Notes under the pieces: generated by a model
Told to the model about the DNA's origin: nothing
What the model saw: only the letters and a program-made list of their open reading frames with translations
The model's database searches: none
Made by a program: the position numbers and the translations under genes
In this document: piece by piece, positions 26,414-37,276 of the stretch
How the letters are laid out: each line of letters opens with the position of its first letter
How positions within the stretch are numbered: position 1 is the first letter of the stretch
DNA from: Alkalispirochaeta sp.
Lineage (GTDB): Bacteria; Spirochaetota; Spirochaetia; DSM-27196; Alkalispirochaetaceae
Length of the DNA stretch: 64,000 bases
Assembly: GCA_965601925.1 (NCBI GenBank)
Contig: OZ271854.1
Coordinates: forward strand, 1,440,001-1,504,000
Direction: 5' to 3'

Positions 26414-29122
26414 ATGAGTGTAAAACAGTTTGTCACATGGATTCTGCCGGCGGTCCTTCTGGTAGTATTCGGCCTTCTCGAGGTGCTCGGCGTCTTTCAG
26501 CCGTTGGAGCACGCGGTGTACGACACATGGCTTCACGTTAAGCCGGAAGTTGTGCAGCGCGAGGAGATTCTTTTTCTCGACGTAGACGACCTGGCGATAG
26601 AACAAGTGGGCGTGTGGCCGTGGTCGCGGGACATCATGGCGCGCGGACTCATCGTGCTGCGCGAGTTCGGGGCGGGACCGACGGTATTCGACATCGAGTA
26701 CGTCAACGATAGCCCTCTGGCCGTCGACGGGCGCCTCCTCCAGGAGGATATTCCCAACGCGATCGACCGCGAATTCGGCGAAGTCACCGGCAACTTCGAA
26801 GACTTGGTCGCCGCAATCGCCGCCGGGCAAATAGAGGCCCGTGAGGCGACCGCTTTTCTCGACGACCTGCAGAACCTTTCCGAGGTTGCTGAAGATCGAC
26901 TGTTGACCCGTGTCCAGGAGGTCGTACGCAATAACGACACATTGCTCGGAAACGCGGCTTCGGCGATGGGGAATGCGTGGTTCACCGTTACACTGTTGCC
27001 CGACACCGAGGAGCCCATCGAGCCGGAGCGTTTGGCGTTGGCCTCGGAGCGCGCGGCGCTTCGGGAGGTCGAGGGGGAAAACGCCCTCATTCCCGATGTC
27101 GAGGGGTTGCGCCCGGCGATATATCCCGTGCTCTCCGGCGGCCGCGGGGCGGGCTTTCCCAACGTCGTGGTGGACAGCGACGGAACACGACGTCGCATCG
27201 AGCTTCTCAGCCGTCACGATGGAGAGTGGTTCGGCCAGCTGGTATTTGCTCCTCTTCTCCATTGGCTCGGCTCCCCGGCCCTCGATGTAAGCCGGAATCG
27301 CATCGTGTTGCGCGATGCGGTGCTCCCCGGCGAGGACGAGCCGCGCGACGTGCGCATACCGCTGGCGGAGGACGGCTCGCTGCTTCTCAACTGGCCCAAA
27401 GGCGATTACCTCGAGAGCTTTCGCCATCTCACCTATTACGAGTTGGTGCACTACGAAAGCCTCATGGGCGATTTGGCGTTCAACCTCGAGTTGATGCAGG
27501 AGTCGGGGTATCTGCAGTATCACGACGGCCAAAGCAACCCGCTCCAAGCGTGGTATTACGCGGAGGGAATCGTTACCGACGCCTTGGAGACCGGGGACTA
27601 CACGTCCTTGACCGACTTGGCCTCGATTCGCGAGTTCTTCGTCTCCGAGTCGGGAGCGTTTCTCGACGGTTCCGCAGAGGACGCAATTCTCGGCGATATC
27701 GCGGCGGCGCTCGCCGACCCCGAGCTATCCCCGGAGGTTCGCGCGCTGTTCGAGGACCTCTCGGAGGATATTCCTTCGGCCTTCGCAAGCACGCGCGAAA
27801 TCCACCGTTCCCTCGTCGAGAGACGGACCAACCTTCTGGAGGCCGTTCCCGGATCGTTCATCATCATCGGCTATACGGGAACCGGTACGACCGATATCGG
27901 CGTGAATCCCTTCGTCAACGAGTACGCCAACGTCGGTACTCACGGAGCGGTGGTCAACACGATCATTACGGAACGTTTCATCGACGATCTACCGGTGTGG
28001 GTTTCGATCGTCATCGCCGCACTCTTCACGGCACTGTACGTGCTGGTGAGCCGTAAACGGTCGGCCACCGGATCGCTGGCCCTCGGTTTCGCGGGAGCCG
28101 GGACGGTCGTGGTCGGCTCGGCAGCCACGATGGTGGTCGCGCGCCTGTTTTTGCCCGTTATGGCGCCGGCGCTGACGGTCTTTCTCTCCGCGATCGGTCA
28201 AAGTCTATTCAAGTACATCGAGCTTGCGAAGGAGCGCAACTACATTCGCCACGCGTTCAACCACTATCTCAGCGCCGACGTGATCAATGAGATCATCGAC
28301 GATCCGAGTCGGCTCCGCCTCGGTGGAGAGAAGCGGGAGCTCACCGCGATGTTTACCGACGTTAAAGGATTCTCCACGATATCCGAATCGCTGGATCCCG
28401 AAGATCTGGTCAAACTCCTCAATCGCTATCTCTCGGAGATGAGCGATATCATCCTCCAGCTACGGGGTACGATCGATAAATACGAGGGCGACGCAATCAT
28501 CAGTTTTTTCGGCGCACCGGTCGCCTTTGCCGACCACGCGACGCGGGCGTGCAGCGCGGCGATACGGATGAAAAAGATCGAGCGCTATCTTAACGATCAC
28601 TTCCTCGAAGAGCAGCTCTCACCGAGCCCCTTGGCCACGAGAGTCGGCATCAACACCGGGGAGATGGTCGTGGGAAACATGGGCACGGCCAATCGGATGG
28701 ACTATACCATCATGGGCCACTCGGTGAACTTGGCGGCTCGCCTGGAAGGAGTCAATAAGCAGTACGGTACGTGGATCCTGACGAGCGAGCTGACCTACAA
28801 CGATACGCACGACGCGTTCGTGGCGCGTAAACTCGACCGGGTGCGGGTCGTTGGCGTGAATGAGCCGGTACGCCTCTATGAGCTCATCGACGAAACGGAT
28901 CAGGCGGTTAACGGCGAGAAAGAGATGGTCGACGAGTTTCACCACGGCCTCACGCTCTTTGAGGGGCGTGAGTGGGGCGAGGCGGGCGGCATATTCTCGC
29001 GAATCAACCGCGAGTTACCGAAAGACGGGCCGAGCCGCGTCTTTCTCGAACGGTGCGAACAGTTTCAGAAAGAGCCGCCGCCGGCGAATTGGGACGGCGT
29101 CTTCAACCTGACGCGGAAATGA
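26414..29122 (+). CDS. CHASE2-domain adenylate/guanylate cyclase
   Basis: GVWPWSRD, VDSDGTRRR, 3 TMs, MFTDVKGFST, IDKYEGDA, VNLAARLEG. Confidence 0.93.
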   Translation: MSVKQFVTWILPAVLLVVFGLLEVLGVFQPLEHAVYDTWLHVKPEVVQREEILFLDVDDLAIEQVGVWPWSRDIMARGLIVLREFGAGPTVFDIEYVNDSPLAVDGRLLQEDIPNAIDREFGEVTGNFEDLVAAIAAGQIEAREATAFLDDLQNLSEVAEDRLLTRVQEVVRNNDTLLGNAASAMGNAWFTVTLLPDTEEPIEPERLALASERAALREVEGENALIPDVEGLRPAIYPVLSGGRGAGFPNVVVDSDGTRRRIELLSRHDGEWFGQLVFAPLLHWLGSPALDVSRNRIVLRDAVLPGEDEPRDVRIPLAEDGSLLLNWPKGDYLESFRHLTYYELVHYESLMGDLAFNLELMQESGYLQYHDGQSNPLQAWYYAEGIVTDALETGDYTSLTDLASIREFFVSESGAFLDGSAEDAILGDIAAALADPELSPEVRALFEDLSEDIPSAFASTREIHRSLVERRTNLLEAVPGSFIIIGYTGTGTTDIGVNPFVNEYANVGTHGAVVNTIITERFIDDLPVWVSIVIAALFTALYVLVSRKRSATGSLALGFAGAGTVVVGSAATMVVARLFLPVMAPALTVFLSAIGQSLFKYIELAKERNYIRHAFNHYLSADVINEIIDDPSRLRLGGEKRELTAMFTDVKGFSTISESLDPEDLVKLLNRYLSEMSDIILQLRGTIDKYEGDAIISFFGAPVAFADHATRACSAAIRMKKIERYLNDHFLEEQLSPSPLATRVGINTGEMVVGNMGTANRMDYTIMGHSVNLAARLEGVNKQYGTWILTSELTYNDTHDAFVARKLDRVRVVGVNEPVRLYELIDETDQAVNGEKEMVDEFHHGLTLFEGREWGEAGGIFSRINRELPKDGPSRVFLERCEQFQKEPPPANWDGVFNLTRK

Positions 29123-29136
29123 CGCTCACCAACCGG

Positions 29137-30057
29137 CTAGTCGCGTCGGCGGTGGGCGCTCAGGCGCATCTCGAGACGCCGCACGAACAGCGATAACGTG
29201 ACGGTCATGATGAGGTAGAGAAACGCGACGACGTTGTAGGTTTCAAAAAACCGGAATGTGCTGGTGGAATAGATTCTGCCCAACTGGGTGATATCCTGCA
29301 CGCCCAGGGCGCTCACCAGCGCGCTGTCCTTGATCATAGCCACAAACTCGTTTCCCATCGGCGGTAGCACGTTCCGAATCGCTTGGGGAAGAATGACGCT
29401 TCGCATGGCGCGCCAGCGGCTCATACCGAGGGCGTGCGCCGCCTCAAACTGGCCGCGGTGAATGCTCTCGATTCCGGCACGAATGATCTCGGAGATGAAG
29501 GCACTGTATCCGATCGTCAGAGCCAGAATCGCGCGCCACGTGAAGTCGAGTTCCCGCACCGTTATGGGTCGAGCGAGTCCCACCCACTGCAGTGGCGTGG
29601 AGATCGTATTAATCACGACGACGAACGCCGGCGCTCCGACAAAGGCGATATAGTACAAGATCACCAACATGGGAATGCCGCGGACGATCTCGACGTAAAA
29701 GGTGGCCGCCTCGCGCACGATGCGCTGCGTACTCACCCGCAGGAGCCCCACGAATAGGCCCAGCACGGTCGCCATGACGAAGGCTACGATCGAGACGTAG
29801 ATCGAGGTGAGAATACCGCGTGACACGGCGCGGAAGATAACGCGGTAGTCCTCCCGCCCCACGATATTCCAAGCAAAGACGACCGCGAAAACGATTGCCG
29901 CAAGTAACCACCACGGCAATCGTTGAAAGAGCCCGTTACCGACCGGAACGAGGTGGCCGCCCCGTCGGGTACGTACGGCTCCTCGGTCCGTCGGTTCGGG
30001 ATCGGTGTCGGACCGCGAGTACCGATCGTGCCCGCCGTCCGACTGAAAATGTGACAC
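29137..30057 (-). CDS. Amino acid ABC transporter permease
   Basis: [40 protein letters not shown]. Confidence 0.92.
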   Translation of the reverse strand: MSHFQSDGGHDRYSRSDTDPEPTDRGAVRTRRGGHLVPVGNGLFQRLPWWLLAAIVFAVVFAWNIVGREDYRVIFRAVSRGILTSIYVSIVAFVMATVLGLFVGLLRVSTQRIVREAATFYVEIVRGIPMLVILYYIAFVGAPAFVVVINTISTPLQWVGLARPITVRELDFTWRAILALTIGYSAFISEIIRAGIESIHRGQFEAAHALGMSRWRAMRSVILPQAIRNVLPPMGNEFVAMIKDSALVSALGVQDITQLGRIYSTSTFRFFETYNVVAFLYLIMTVTLSLFVRRLEMRLSAHRRRD

Positions 30058-30081
30058 CGTGGACTAATTCCTTCGCGTCAT

Positions 30082-30921
30082 TTACTCGACGTTGTACTCG
30101 TAGAACCAGTAGGTCTCGAGGTCAGCGAGAAACCCGTCTTCGGCCATTTCGGCGAGGGCGGCGTTGAACCCGTCCACCAGATCGGAGCCGGGCGTGAAGA
30201 TAAATCCGAAGTCCTCGGTACCGAGCGCGTCACCGACCACCTTGAGCCGATCGGGGTTGGCACCGATGTATCCGCGACTGCTCGCCGCGTCCATCAGGAC
30301 CGTATCGATATCACCGTTGATCAACGCCTGCACGACCGCACCGAAGCTGTCGAAAAGCCTGATGCGCGGATTACCCTCGTCGCCGTCGAGCACATCGTAT
30401 ACGGCGACGTAGAAATTCGTGGTACCCGGCAGGGCACCGATGATGAGGCTGTCGTCGGCGCCGAGCTCCTCGGGGGTGGAAAACCGTTCCTCGTCGGCGC
30501 GCACGAGCATGAACTGCTGGCTCACCAGGTACGACTCGGAGAAATCCACCTGCTCCGCCCGTTCGGCGGTGATGGTGATACCGTCCATTCCAACGTCGAA
30601 CTGTCCGCTCTGGACCGCCGGAATCATGGTGGCCCACGTGGTAAGCCTCCAATCGACGGCAAGATTGAGACGTCGTGCAATCTCGTTGGTCATGTCGTAC
30701 TCAAACCCGATCGATTCACCGGTCGCCGGATTGACCATGCTCAGCGGCGGGTAATCGTTACTGGTAACGGCGATAATCGTCCGTCCGCCGTAGTCGGGAA
30801 GCCCCGTCTCCGCATTGACACCGACGCCGGTCTCATCACTCTCGGACGCCCCACCGGCAAATACCGCCGCGGCGCAGAGCGCGAACAGCGCTACCAGGGA
30901 AAACAGTCGTATGCGCACCAT
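30082..30921 (-). CDS. Amino acid ABC substrate-binding protein (family 3)
   Basis: DYPP, GFEYD, GITITAERAEQVDFS. Confidence 0.9.
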   Translation of the reverse strand: MVRIRLFSLVALFALCAAAVFAGGASESDETGVGVNAETGLPDYGGRTIIAVTSNDYPPLSMVNPATGESIGFEYDMTNEIARRLNLAVDWRLTTWATMIPAVQSGQFDVGMDGITITAERAEQVDFSESYLVSQQFMLVRADEERFSTPEELGADDSLIIGALPGTTNFYVAVYDVLDGDEGNPRIRLFDSFGAVVQALINGDIDTVLMDAASSRGYIGANPDRLKVVGDALGTEDFGFIFTPGSDLVDGFNAALAEMAEDGFLADLETYWFYEYNVE

Positions 30922-31005
30922 CGTTGGATACCTCCTTACCTTTTCTTACGAGATGAGGATAGTACTGCTACGGTCGCCGGACGGTCAAACCGGCCGGTCG
31001 CGCCG

Positions 31006-32487
31006 TTACTCCCCCTGGCCCAACGAGAAGCCGCGCTCGCCGTCGAAAAGGTACAGGTTTTCGGTCTTGATCACCTCGTACCCGCTCTCGTGCACCGCAT
31101 CCATAAGACGTGTGATATCGCCGTGTCGGATCGGCCGGTACTCCCCGGCCTCTCCGGTAACCGTCGCCTCATGAACGATACGGCACCGCCAGTGATCGGT
31201 GAGAAACGTCTCGGGAAATCCGCCGGGATATACCTTGACGCCGCGGTTGGTGATCATCTTCAGTTTGAGCGACGCGGCGGCGGCGAGGCGCGAAAGATCG
31301 TCCCCGATCACATTTGCGTCCATCGGCTCGCCGACCCAATCGACAAAGAGGTCCACTCCGACGAGTGTCTTGGTACCGCCGGGCCGTGTGTAGTCGCCGA
31401 TCCGAATACGCGTATCCTTGCTCGCATCGAGACTCCAGCGGCGCAACCGTTGCGGCGCGGAACCGAGACGCTCTATCACGGAGTCTGCAAACTCGTCGGT
31501 ACCGACCAGGTGAACGCTGTGCCCGGGACGATAGATGTCGGCGGTGTGCAAACCGTCCTCTATCGTGCGCAGCCATGCATTGTTGATCGTCTCGGCGACC
31601 TCGGGTCGGCCGACGTGCACCAACATCTGAAGGGCCGCATTGATGAGACCGCTGGGATTGGCGCTGTTCTTGCCGGCGATATCCGGCGCGGAGCCGTGGA
31701 TCGCCTCGAACATCGACACATCCGAGCCGATATTGGCGCTTCCGGCCATTCCCACCGACCCGCTCACCTCGGCCACGACGTCGGAGATAATGTCGCCGTA
31801 CAGATTGGGGGTGACGATAACGTCGTAGCGCTCGGGAGCGGTGGCGACCCGGGCGGTCCCGATATCGATGATCTGCTGGTTGGCCTCGATATCGGGGTAC
31901 TCCGCAGAGATTTCGTCGAACACGCGGTGAAAAAGTCCGTCGGTCACCTTCATGATGTTGTCCTTAATCATGCAGGTAATCTTCCGTCGATTGTATGTGC
32001 GGGCGTACTCAAAGGCGTAACGGATCACCCGCTCGCTTCCAGGGCGCGTGATCAACTTGAGACATTGGGTGACGTCTATCGTCTGGCGGTGCTCGATTCC
32101 CGCGTACAGATCCTCCTCGTTCTCCCGAACGATGACGACGTCCATATCGGGATAGTGCGTCTCGACGTACGGATTGAAGGCCTGTACGGGACGCACGTTG
32201 GCAAAGAGCCCCAGAGATTTGCGAATCGTGACGTTGAGGCTCTTGTACCCTCCTCCCTGCGGGGTCGTGATGGGTCCTTTGAAGAGCACTTTCGTGCGCC
32301 GAATTGCATCCCACGCCGCAGTGTCGATCCCCGCTGAGTTACCCGCAAGATAGAGCTTTTCTCCGATATCGATAAACTCAGGTTTGATTTCCGCGCCTGC
32401 AGCATCGAGAATTCGCAACGTAGCGTCCATGATTTCAGGACCGATTCCGTCTCCTCGGGCTACCGTCATGTGTATTTTCCGACTCAT
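31006..32487 (-). CDS. icd: NADP-dependent isocitrate dehydrogenase (type with C-terminal extension)
   Basis: GDGIGPEI, KGPITTPQGGGYKSLNVTIRK, NLYGDIISD, FEAIHGSAPDIAG, MITNRGVKVYP. Confidence 0.92.
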   Translation of the reverse strand: MSRKIHMTVARGDGIGPEIMDATLRILDAAGAEIKPEFIDIGEKLYLAGNSAGIDTAAWDAIRRTKVLFKGPITTPQGGGYKSLNVTIRKSLGLFANVRPVQAFNPYVETHYPDMDVVIVRENEEDLYAGIEHRQTIDVTQCLKLITRPGSERVIRYAFEYARTYNRRKITCMIKDNIMKVTDGLFHRVFDEISAEYPDIEANQQIIDIGTARVATAPERYDVIVTPNLYGDIISDVVAEVSGSVGMAGSANIGSDVSMFEAIHGSAPDIAGKNSANPSGLINAALQMLVHVGRPEVAETINNAWLRTIEDGLHTADIYRPGHSVHLVGTDEFADSVIERLGSAPQRLRRWSLDASKDTRIRIGDYTRPGGTKTLVGVDLFVDWVGEPMDANVIGDDLSRLAAAASLKLKMITNRGVKVYPGGFPETFLTDHWRCRIVHEATVTGEAGEYRPIRHGDITRLMDAVHESGYEVIKTENLYLFDGERGFSLGQGE

Positions 32488-32494
32488 GGGGCAA

Positions 32495-32523
32495 ACTATA
32501 ACCATGGCCATCGACCGTTGCAA
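32495..32523 (-). promoter_or_regulatory. icd promoter (probably leaderless transcript)
   Basis: TTGCAA-17-TATAGT, 7 nt before ATG, no SD. Confidence 0.65.
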
Positions 32524-32553
32524 AGGGATCGACCCCTTCCGTCAGGAGAGCAC

Positions 32554-34026
32554 ATGATTACGGTTTTGTTCGCGACCACCGACCCGGCGGAGTGCGACCT
32601 CTTTCGCCGCGTGGTGCGGGATCGCGCGTTAGACATACAGACTATCGTTCCGGGAGATCTGCATCGCGCCCACGAGGTCGTCGCCGAAGGCGTGATCGAC
32701 GTGATCGTTACCGATCTTCATTTCCAGGACGGAGACTTCGCGGAGTGGCTCTTTCTGTGGCAGCACCCATTCATGCTCCTCGTCGATTGGAACGAATGCG
32801 ATCAAGCCGGAGAAATCGTTAAGGACCAGACATCCGACTTTACGGTTCGCGATCCCCAATTGCGACACATCCACTATCTGCCGATGGCGTTACGCAAACT
32901 TCTCAATAACAAAGAGGCGATGGAACGTCAGAATCTGGATCTTCGGGCGACGGAGCAACGCTACAGCGAACTGGTACAAGCGTTACCCGACATCATCTAC
33001 TCGCTCGACGGCGAGGGACGCTTCGTCTTCGTCAACGACTCCATCCGGCGCCTCGGGTGGAATCCCGTCGAGTTGATCGGCAAGCATTTTGACGTGATTA
33101 TCGATCCCGAGGATATGGAAAAAGTGAGTCGCCGCCACGTCGCCGGGGAGCACCAACGCCGGTACCCCGGACAACTGGCACTGTTCGACGAACGCAAGAG
33201 CGACGACCATATGGTGAAGCTCAAGCGGAAAACGAACCTCATAGGCTCCGAAGATCTCTTCGGTTCGATCATCACCTACGGAGAGGTGAACGCAGTGGGA
33301 TTCGTCACCCCCGGGCAGCCGGTCGATGAATCGGGATCGATCGGCATCATCCGAGACATCACACAACGCAAAGAGGCGGAAGAGATCGTGCGTCGGAGCC
33401 TGCGCGAAAAAGAGCTCCTCCTCTCGGAAATCCACCATCGCGTCAAGAACAACCTCCAGGTCATCTCGAGTCTCCTCAACTTACAATCCGGAGGCATCCG
33501 CGACGAGGAGGCGCAGGGACGGTTTGCCGACGCACAGATGCAGATCCAATCGATGGCTTTGGTGCATGAACATCTCTATCAGAGCGGTATCTTCGGTACG
33601 CTCAACATGTCTCACTACGTGGAAAGTCTCTGCGGGCACTTATTCGACATATACGGCGCGCCACACGAGCATGTAGCCCTCGATATATGCGTCGAGGCGA
33701 TTCCGATCAGTATCCGCCAGGCGATGCCGATCGCACTCATCCTCAACGAATTGGTTTCCAACAGTCTGAAATATGCCTTTCCCGGCGATCGCTCCGGAAC
33801 GATTCGGATCGCGATGTCTCTTACGGACGAGGACTACGTCGAGTTAGTCGTTGACGACGACGGTGTCGGATTTCCGGACAATTTCGAGGTAGCCGACGGC
33901 GCGACGCTCGGACATACGTTGATACACAGCCTCGTTCATCAACTCGATGGAACGCTGGATATCGCCGGGAAGGACGGTGTACGATGCGTGATTCGTTTTG
34001 CGTTTGACCACAACATGACGACGTAG
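32554..34026 (+). CDS. Receiver-like/PAS sensor histidine kinase (HisKA_2 type)
   Basis: PAS (DGEGRFVFVN), EIHHRVKNNLQVISSLL, ELVSNSLKYAF, DDGVG. Confidence 0.9.
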   Translation: MITVLFATTDPAECDLFRRVVRDRALDIQTIVPGDLHRAHEVVAEGVIDVIVTDLHFQDGDFAEWLFLWQHPFMLLVDWNECDQAGEIVKDQTSDFTVRDPQLRHIHYLPMALRKLLNNKEAMERQNLDLRATEQRYSELVQALPDIIYSLDGEGRFVFVNDSIRRLGWNPVELIGKHFDVIIDPEDMEKVSRRHVAGEHQRRYPGQLALFDERKSDDHMVKLKRKTNLIGSEDLFGSIITYGEVNAVGFVTPGQPVDESGSIGIIRDITQRKEAEEIVRRSLREKELLLSEIHHRVKNNLQVISSLLNLQSGGIRDEEAQGRFADAQMQIQSMALVHEHLYQSGIFGTLNMSHYVESLCGHLFDIYGAPHEHVALDICVEAIPISIRQAMPIALILNELVSNSLKYAFPGDRSGTIRIAMSLTDEDYVELVVDDDGVGFPDNFEVADGATLGHTLIHSLVHQLDGTLDIAGKDGVRCVIRFAFDHNMTT

Positions 34027-34078
34027 CGGAGACGCGCCGAGGCGACGCGTCACCTCAACGGTACTGAAAGGAACACCC

Positions 34079-35044
34079 ATGCCGACCGTGCTTGTCACCG
34101 ACGACCGCCATACGAGCTATGATATAGAGCGTACCATCTTAGGCGAGGCGGGAATCACCTGCGAGGTTCACGATTTCGCCGATCTGGAGGCGACCGCCGG
34201 CCACTTCGAGCGCGCCGACGGACTCCTCTTGAATCTCTTTCCGCTGGATGCGGCGGCGATTGCGCGCCTACCGCGATGCCGGGTGATTTCGCGGTACGGA
34301 ACCGGGTACGACAACGTCGACATCGAGGCGGCCACATCGGCCGGTATATGGGTCACGCGCGTCCCCGACTACGCCACCGAAGACGCCTCAGACCACGCCT
34401 TGGCGCTGCTGCTGGCGGCGGTGCGACAGATACCCAATCGCGATCGCGCGGTTCGAGGCGGTGAGTGGAACGCATCGCCGCCGTCACCGGTGAGGCGCCT
34501 TGCCGGGCGTACCTTCGGCGTGGCGGGCCTGGGACGAATCGGAAAAGCGATGATCCGAAAAGTCTCGGGATTCGGTTTCGCGCGTATCCTGGTGTACGAC
34601 CCGCATAAGACGCCGGGCGTCATAAAGGGCCACGGCGCACGTCAGGCGGAACTCGACACGTTCATCCGAGAGTGCGACATCATATCGTGGCACGTCCCGT
34701 TGACCGAGGAGACCCGTCGATTCGTCGGCCGTCGCGAGTTCGGACTGGTCAAGCCGGGCGCCGTGTGGGTCAACACCGCGCGGGGCGCGATCTTCGACGA
34801 GACGGCTCTTGCGGATGCTCTCAAACGTGGCCGCTTGGCGTACGCCGGGCTCGATGTGTTCTCCACGGAGCCGCTTCCGGCCGACAGCCCCTTTCGGTCC
34901 TTCGACAATGTCGTCCTCAGCGACCACTTCGGCTATTACTCCGAAGAGTCGATCGTGGACCTGAAGACGAAGGCGGCGCAAAACGTCGTGGAGGTCCTCT
35001 CGGGTCGGCCTCCGAGCTATCCGGTCAACCGCCCGTCCGCTTAG
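34079..35044 (+). CDS. D-2-hydroxyacid dehydrogenase (CtBP-like)
   Basis: RYGTGYDNVD, GLGRIG, NTARG, LDVF..EP, SDH. Confidence 0.9.
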   Translation: MPTVLVTDDRHTSYDIERTILGEAGITCEVHDFADLEATAGHFERADGLLLNLFPLDAAAIARLPRCRVISRYGTGYDNVDIEAATSAGIWVTRVPDYATEDASDHALALLLAAVRQIPNRDRAVRGGEWNASPPSPVRRLAGRTFGVAGLGRIGKAMIRKVSGFGFARILVYDPHKTPGVIKGHGARQAELDTFIRECDIISWHVPLTEETRRFVGRREFGLVKPGAVWVNTARGAIFDETALADALKRGRLAYAGLDVFSTEPLPADSPFRSFDNVVLSDHFGYYSEESIVDLKTKAAQNVVEVLSGRPPSYPVNRPSA

Positions 35045-35098
35045 TTGTCGAGGACCGCAAAGCGACGCATCCGCCGCACACTGCCGATCGAAGCGCAT

Positions 35099-35315
35099 GA
35101 GGCTCTTGCGAAATTGCATTTTGCAAGAGCCCCAATATCGGGGCTGGTCACAGCCTTCGGCTGTTGCTCGGCGCGGATGCGTACCGGAGGGGCGAAGCCC
35201 TGAGGAACGCATCCAGATGCGTCCGGGGCTGATCGCAATCCTGACGGATTGCTGCTCGCCCATGCGTCCGGGGCTGGTCGCAATCCTGACGGATTGCTGC
35301 TCGCCCATGCGTCCG
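35099..35315. repeat. Cluster of palindromes plus 2.2 tandem 45-nt repeats (REP/MITE-like)
   Basis: 45-nt units at 35217-35261 and 35262-35306 (1 mismatch); GGCTCTTGCGAAA/TTTTGCAAGAGCC inverted repeat. Confidence 0.85.
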
Positions 35316-35442
35316 AGTCGGAATCATAATTACATACTCCGTATATAACTATGATTTCTAAAGGTCCTGGCATTTCTAAAAATCGTCGATTTTTGAAATT
35401 GCCTGACATGATTTTTCCGCCTGTGTGTGGAATCATTATGAT

Positions 35443-36117
35443 GTGCGTATTCGACCTTTTGCCGCGTTACTGATGATAGGCCTCGCCGGTTGCGCATCGG
35501 TTCCCTTCCACGTGCCGGCTCCGTGGGAACGGTCGGAGCCCCCGACGGCCAATCCTCACCTATCCGACGAACCGGACGATATCGCCGCTCTTCGTTCGGC
35601 GATTGCCGACTCGGCGCGCTCGTTGACCGGTCGTCGCACCCTCTTCGTGGGCGACCGCCGCTACAACTGGGATTGCAGCGGGGCGGTTCTTGCCGCGTAC
35701 TATCAGGCGGGCGTGGACCTCGACGCCGCGTTCGGACGCGAGGAGGGAAACGGTGTTCGTCGACTCCACGCCCTTGCGACTCGCTACAGTGAAGCGACAA
35801 GGAGGCGGGACATCGCTCCCGGAGACCTTATCTTCTGGGACAATACCTTCGATCGTAACGGGAACGGCCGTTGGGACGACCCGTTGACACACGTCGCGAT
35901 CGTGGTAGAGGTCGATCCCGACGGTACCATCGCCTACATTCACCACCACTATCGCCGCGGCATCGTCGAAGAGCGGATGAACCTACGCTATCCCGATGAT
36001 CCCGAGCGCAACTCCGCGATGCGCATGCGCGGTCAACCGCGTCACGTCGACGCGCTATGGCTTTCGAGTCACCTGTTCCGCGAGGCGGGACGCCCCTACA
36101 TGGTCCTCGTCGACTAG
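35443..36117 (+). CDS. NlpC/P60 family lipoprotein (cell-wall peptidase); start approximate
   Basis: LAGC lipobox, WDCSG, PGDLIFW, THVAIV. Confidence 0.85.
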   Translation: MRIRPFAALLMIGLAGCASVPFHVPAPWERSEPPTANPHLSDEPDDIAALRSAIADSARSLTGRRTLFVGDRRYNWDCSGAVLAAYYQAGVDLDAAFGREEGNGVRRLHALATRYSEATRRRDIAPGDLIFWDNTFDRNGNGRWDDPLTHVAIVVEVDPDGTIAYIHHHYRRGIVEERMNLRYPDDPERNSAMRMRGQPRHVDALWLSSHLFREAGRPYMVLVD

Positions 36118-36133
36118 GATACACTACCGCCCC

Positions 36134-37186
36134 ATGAGGACACCCACTCCCAGGCATCCGCGGAGTGCAATGGTGGGAATCGTTGCGCTCATTGTCGTAC
36201 TTGCGGGCTGTCGGTCCACATCGGGACCGAGTACCGCGTCCGAGTTTCTGTTAGGCACCATTATCAGCGTCGCCGTCCATGATGAAGACTATGACGAGGC
36301 GACGACCGAGGCGGTGTTTCAGCGCGTGGCCGAGATCGAGGCGCGTATGAGCACTTCGGTGGAAGACTACGATACCACCGAGCTCTTGGAAGTCAATCGC
36401 GCGTCCGGTACCGCCGGCGTGGTCGTTTCGCGGGATACATTCACGGTACTCGAAGCGGCGGCCCACTACTCACGCATCACCGACGGCGCCTTCGACGTCA
36501 CGATATGGCCGTTGGTCACTCTGTGGGGCATCGGCACCGGCGAGGAAACCGTACCGTCGATAGATCGGATGGAGGCCGCACGCGACCTGGTAGACCATAC
36601 CCGTCTGTCGTTGCGGCCTACAACACGCGAAGTACACCTCGCGACGCCCGGTATGGGAGTCGATGTGGGCGCGATCGCCAAGGGATATGCGGCGGACGAG
36701 GCGGAGCGAATACTTCGAGAGGCGGGCGTGGAGAAGGCGCTGCTCGATTTCGGAGGAAACATCCTGGTCATCGGATCGCGCCCCGACGGTTCTCCGTGGC
36801 GCATCGGCGTTCAGCGACCCGACGCGGAACGAACGCAATTTATCGGCATCGTCCACGCGGTGGATCGAACCATCGTCACGAGCGGTCCCTACGAGCGCTT
36901 CTTCGAGCAAGACGGTGTGCGCTACCATCATATTTTGGACCCCGCGACGGGGTATCCGGCAAGCTCGGGATTGGAGCAGGTAACGATCATCGCCCGACGC
37001 TCGATGGACGCCGATGCGTTATCTACATCGGTTTTCATTATGGGAATCGAGCGAGGCGTAGCGCTTGTAGAATCCTTGGAGGATGTGGAGGCGATTTTCG
37101 TCACCGAGGACCGCGAGGTCCATCTCTCCGCCGGCGTGGGAACGGACTTCACCCTGACCGACGAGAGTTATCGCATCGCGGAGTAA
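36134..37186 (+). CDS. apbE: FAD:protein FMN transferase ApbE lipoprotein
   Basis: LAGC, GAFDVTI, DVGAIAKGYAAD, TSGPYER, HHILDP.TG, ADALST. Confidence 0.93.
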   Translation: MRTPTPRHPRSAMVGIVALIVVLAGCRSTSGPSTASEFLLGTIISVAVHDEDYDEATTEAVFQRVAEIEARMSTSVEDYDTTELLEVNRASGTAGVVVSRDTFTVLEAAAHYSRITDGAFDVTIWPLVTLWGIGTGEETVPSIDRMEAARDLVDHTRLSLRPTTREVHLATPGMGVDVGAIAKGYAADEAERILREAGVEKALLDFGGNILVIGSRPDGSPWRIGVQRPDAERTQFIGIVHAVDRTIVTSGPYERFFEQDGVRYHHILDPATGYPASSGLEQVTIIARRSMDADALSTSVFIMGIERGVALVESLEDVEAIFVTEDREVHLSAGVGTDFTLTDESYRIAE

Positions 37187-37276
37187 CGCGACCGCCACGC
37201 ACCGAGGACGGAGCGCCGCTTCGGCATGGGATCGCCCCGGCGACGCCCTCCGTGCGATCCGCTCCGGGCCTTCCCT

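Noticed and set aside
31090..32337. Long antisense ORFs (e.g. 31090-32337, 38171-39406, 44629-45879, 58118-59320)
   Set aside because: They lie opposite well-supported genes, as expected from high-GC codon bias.
35175..35230. Hammerhead ribozyme (CTGAGGA fits CUGANGA)
   Set aside because: No GAAA after the putative stem II, and no stem I/III arrangement.
35217..35315. 45-nt repeats as a CRISPR array
   Set aside because: Units are head-to-tail with no unique spacers, and there are no cas genes in the window.
35041..35436. 131-aa minus-strand ORF with peptide repeats
   Set aside because: The peptide repeats simply reflect the DNA repeat cluster; there are no protein-like features.
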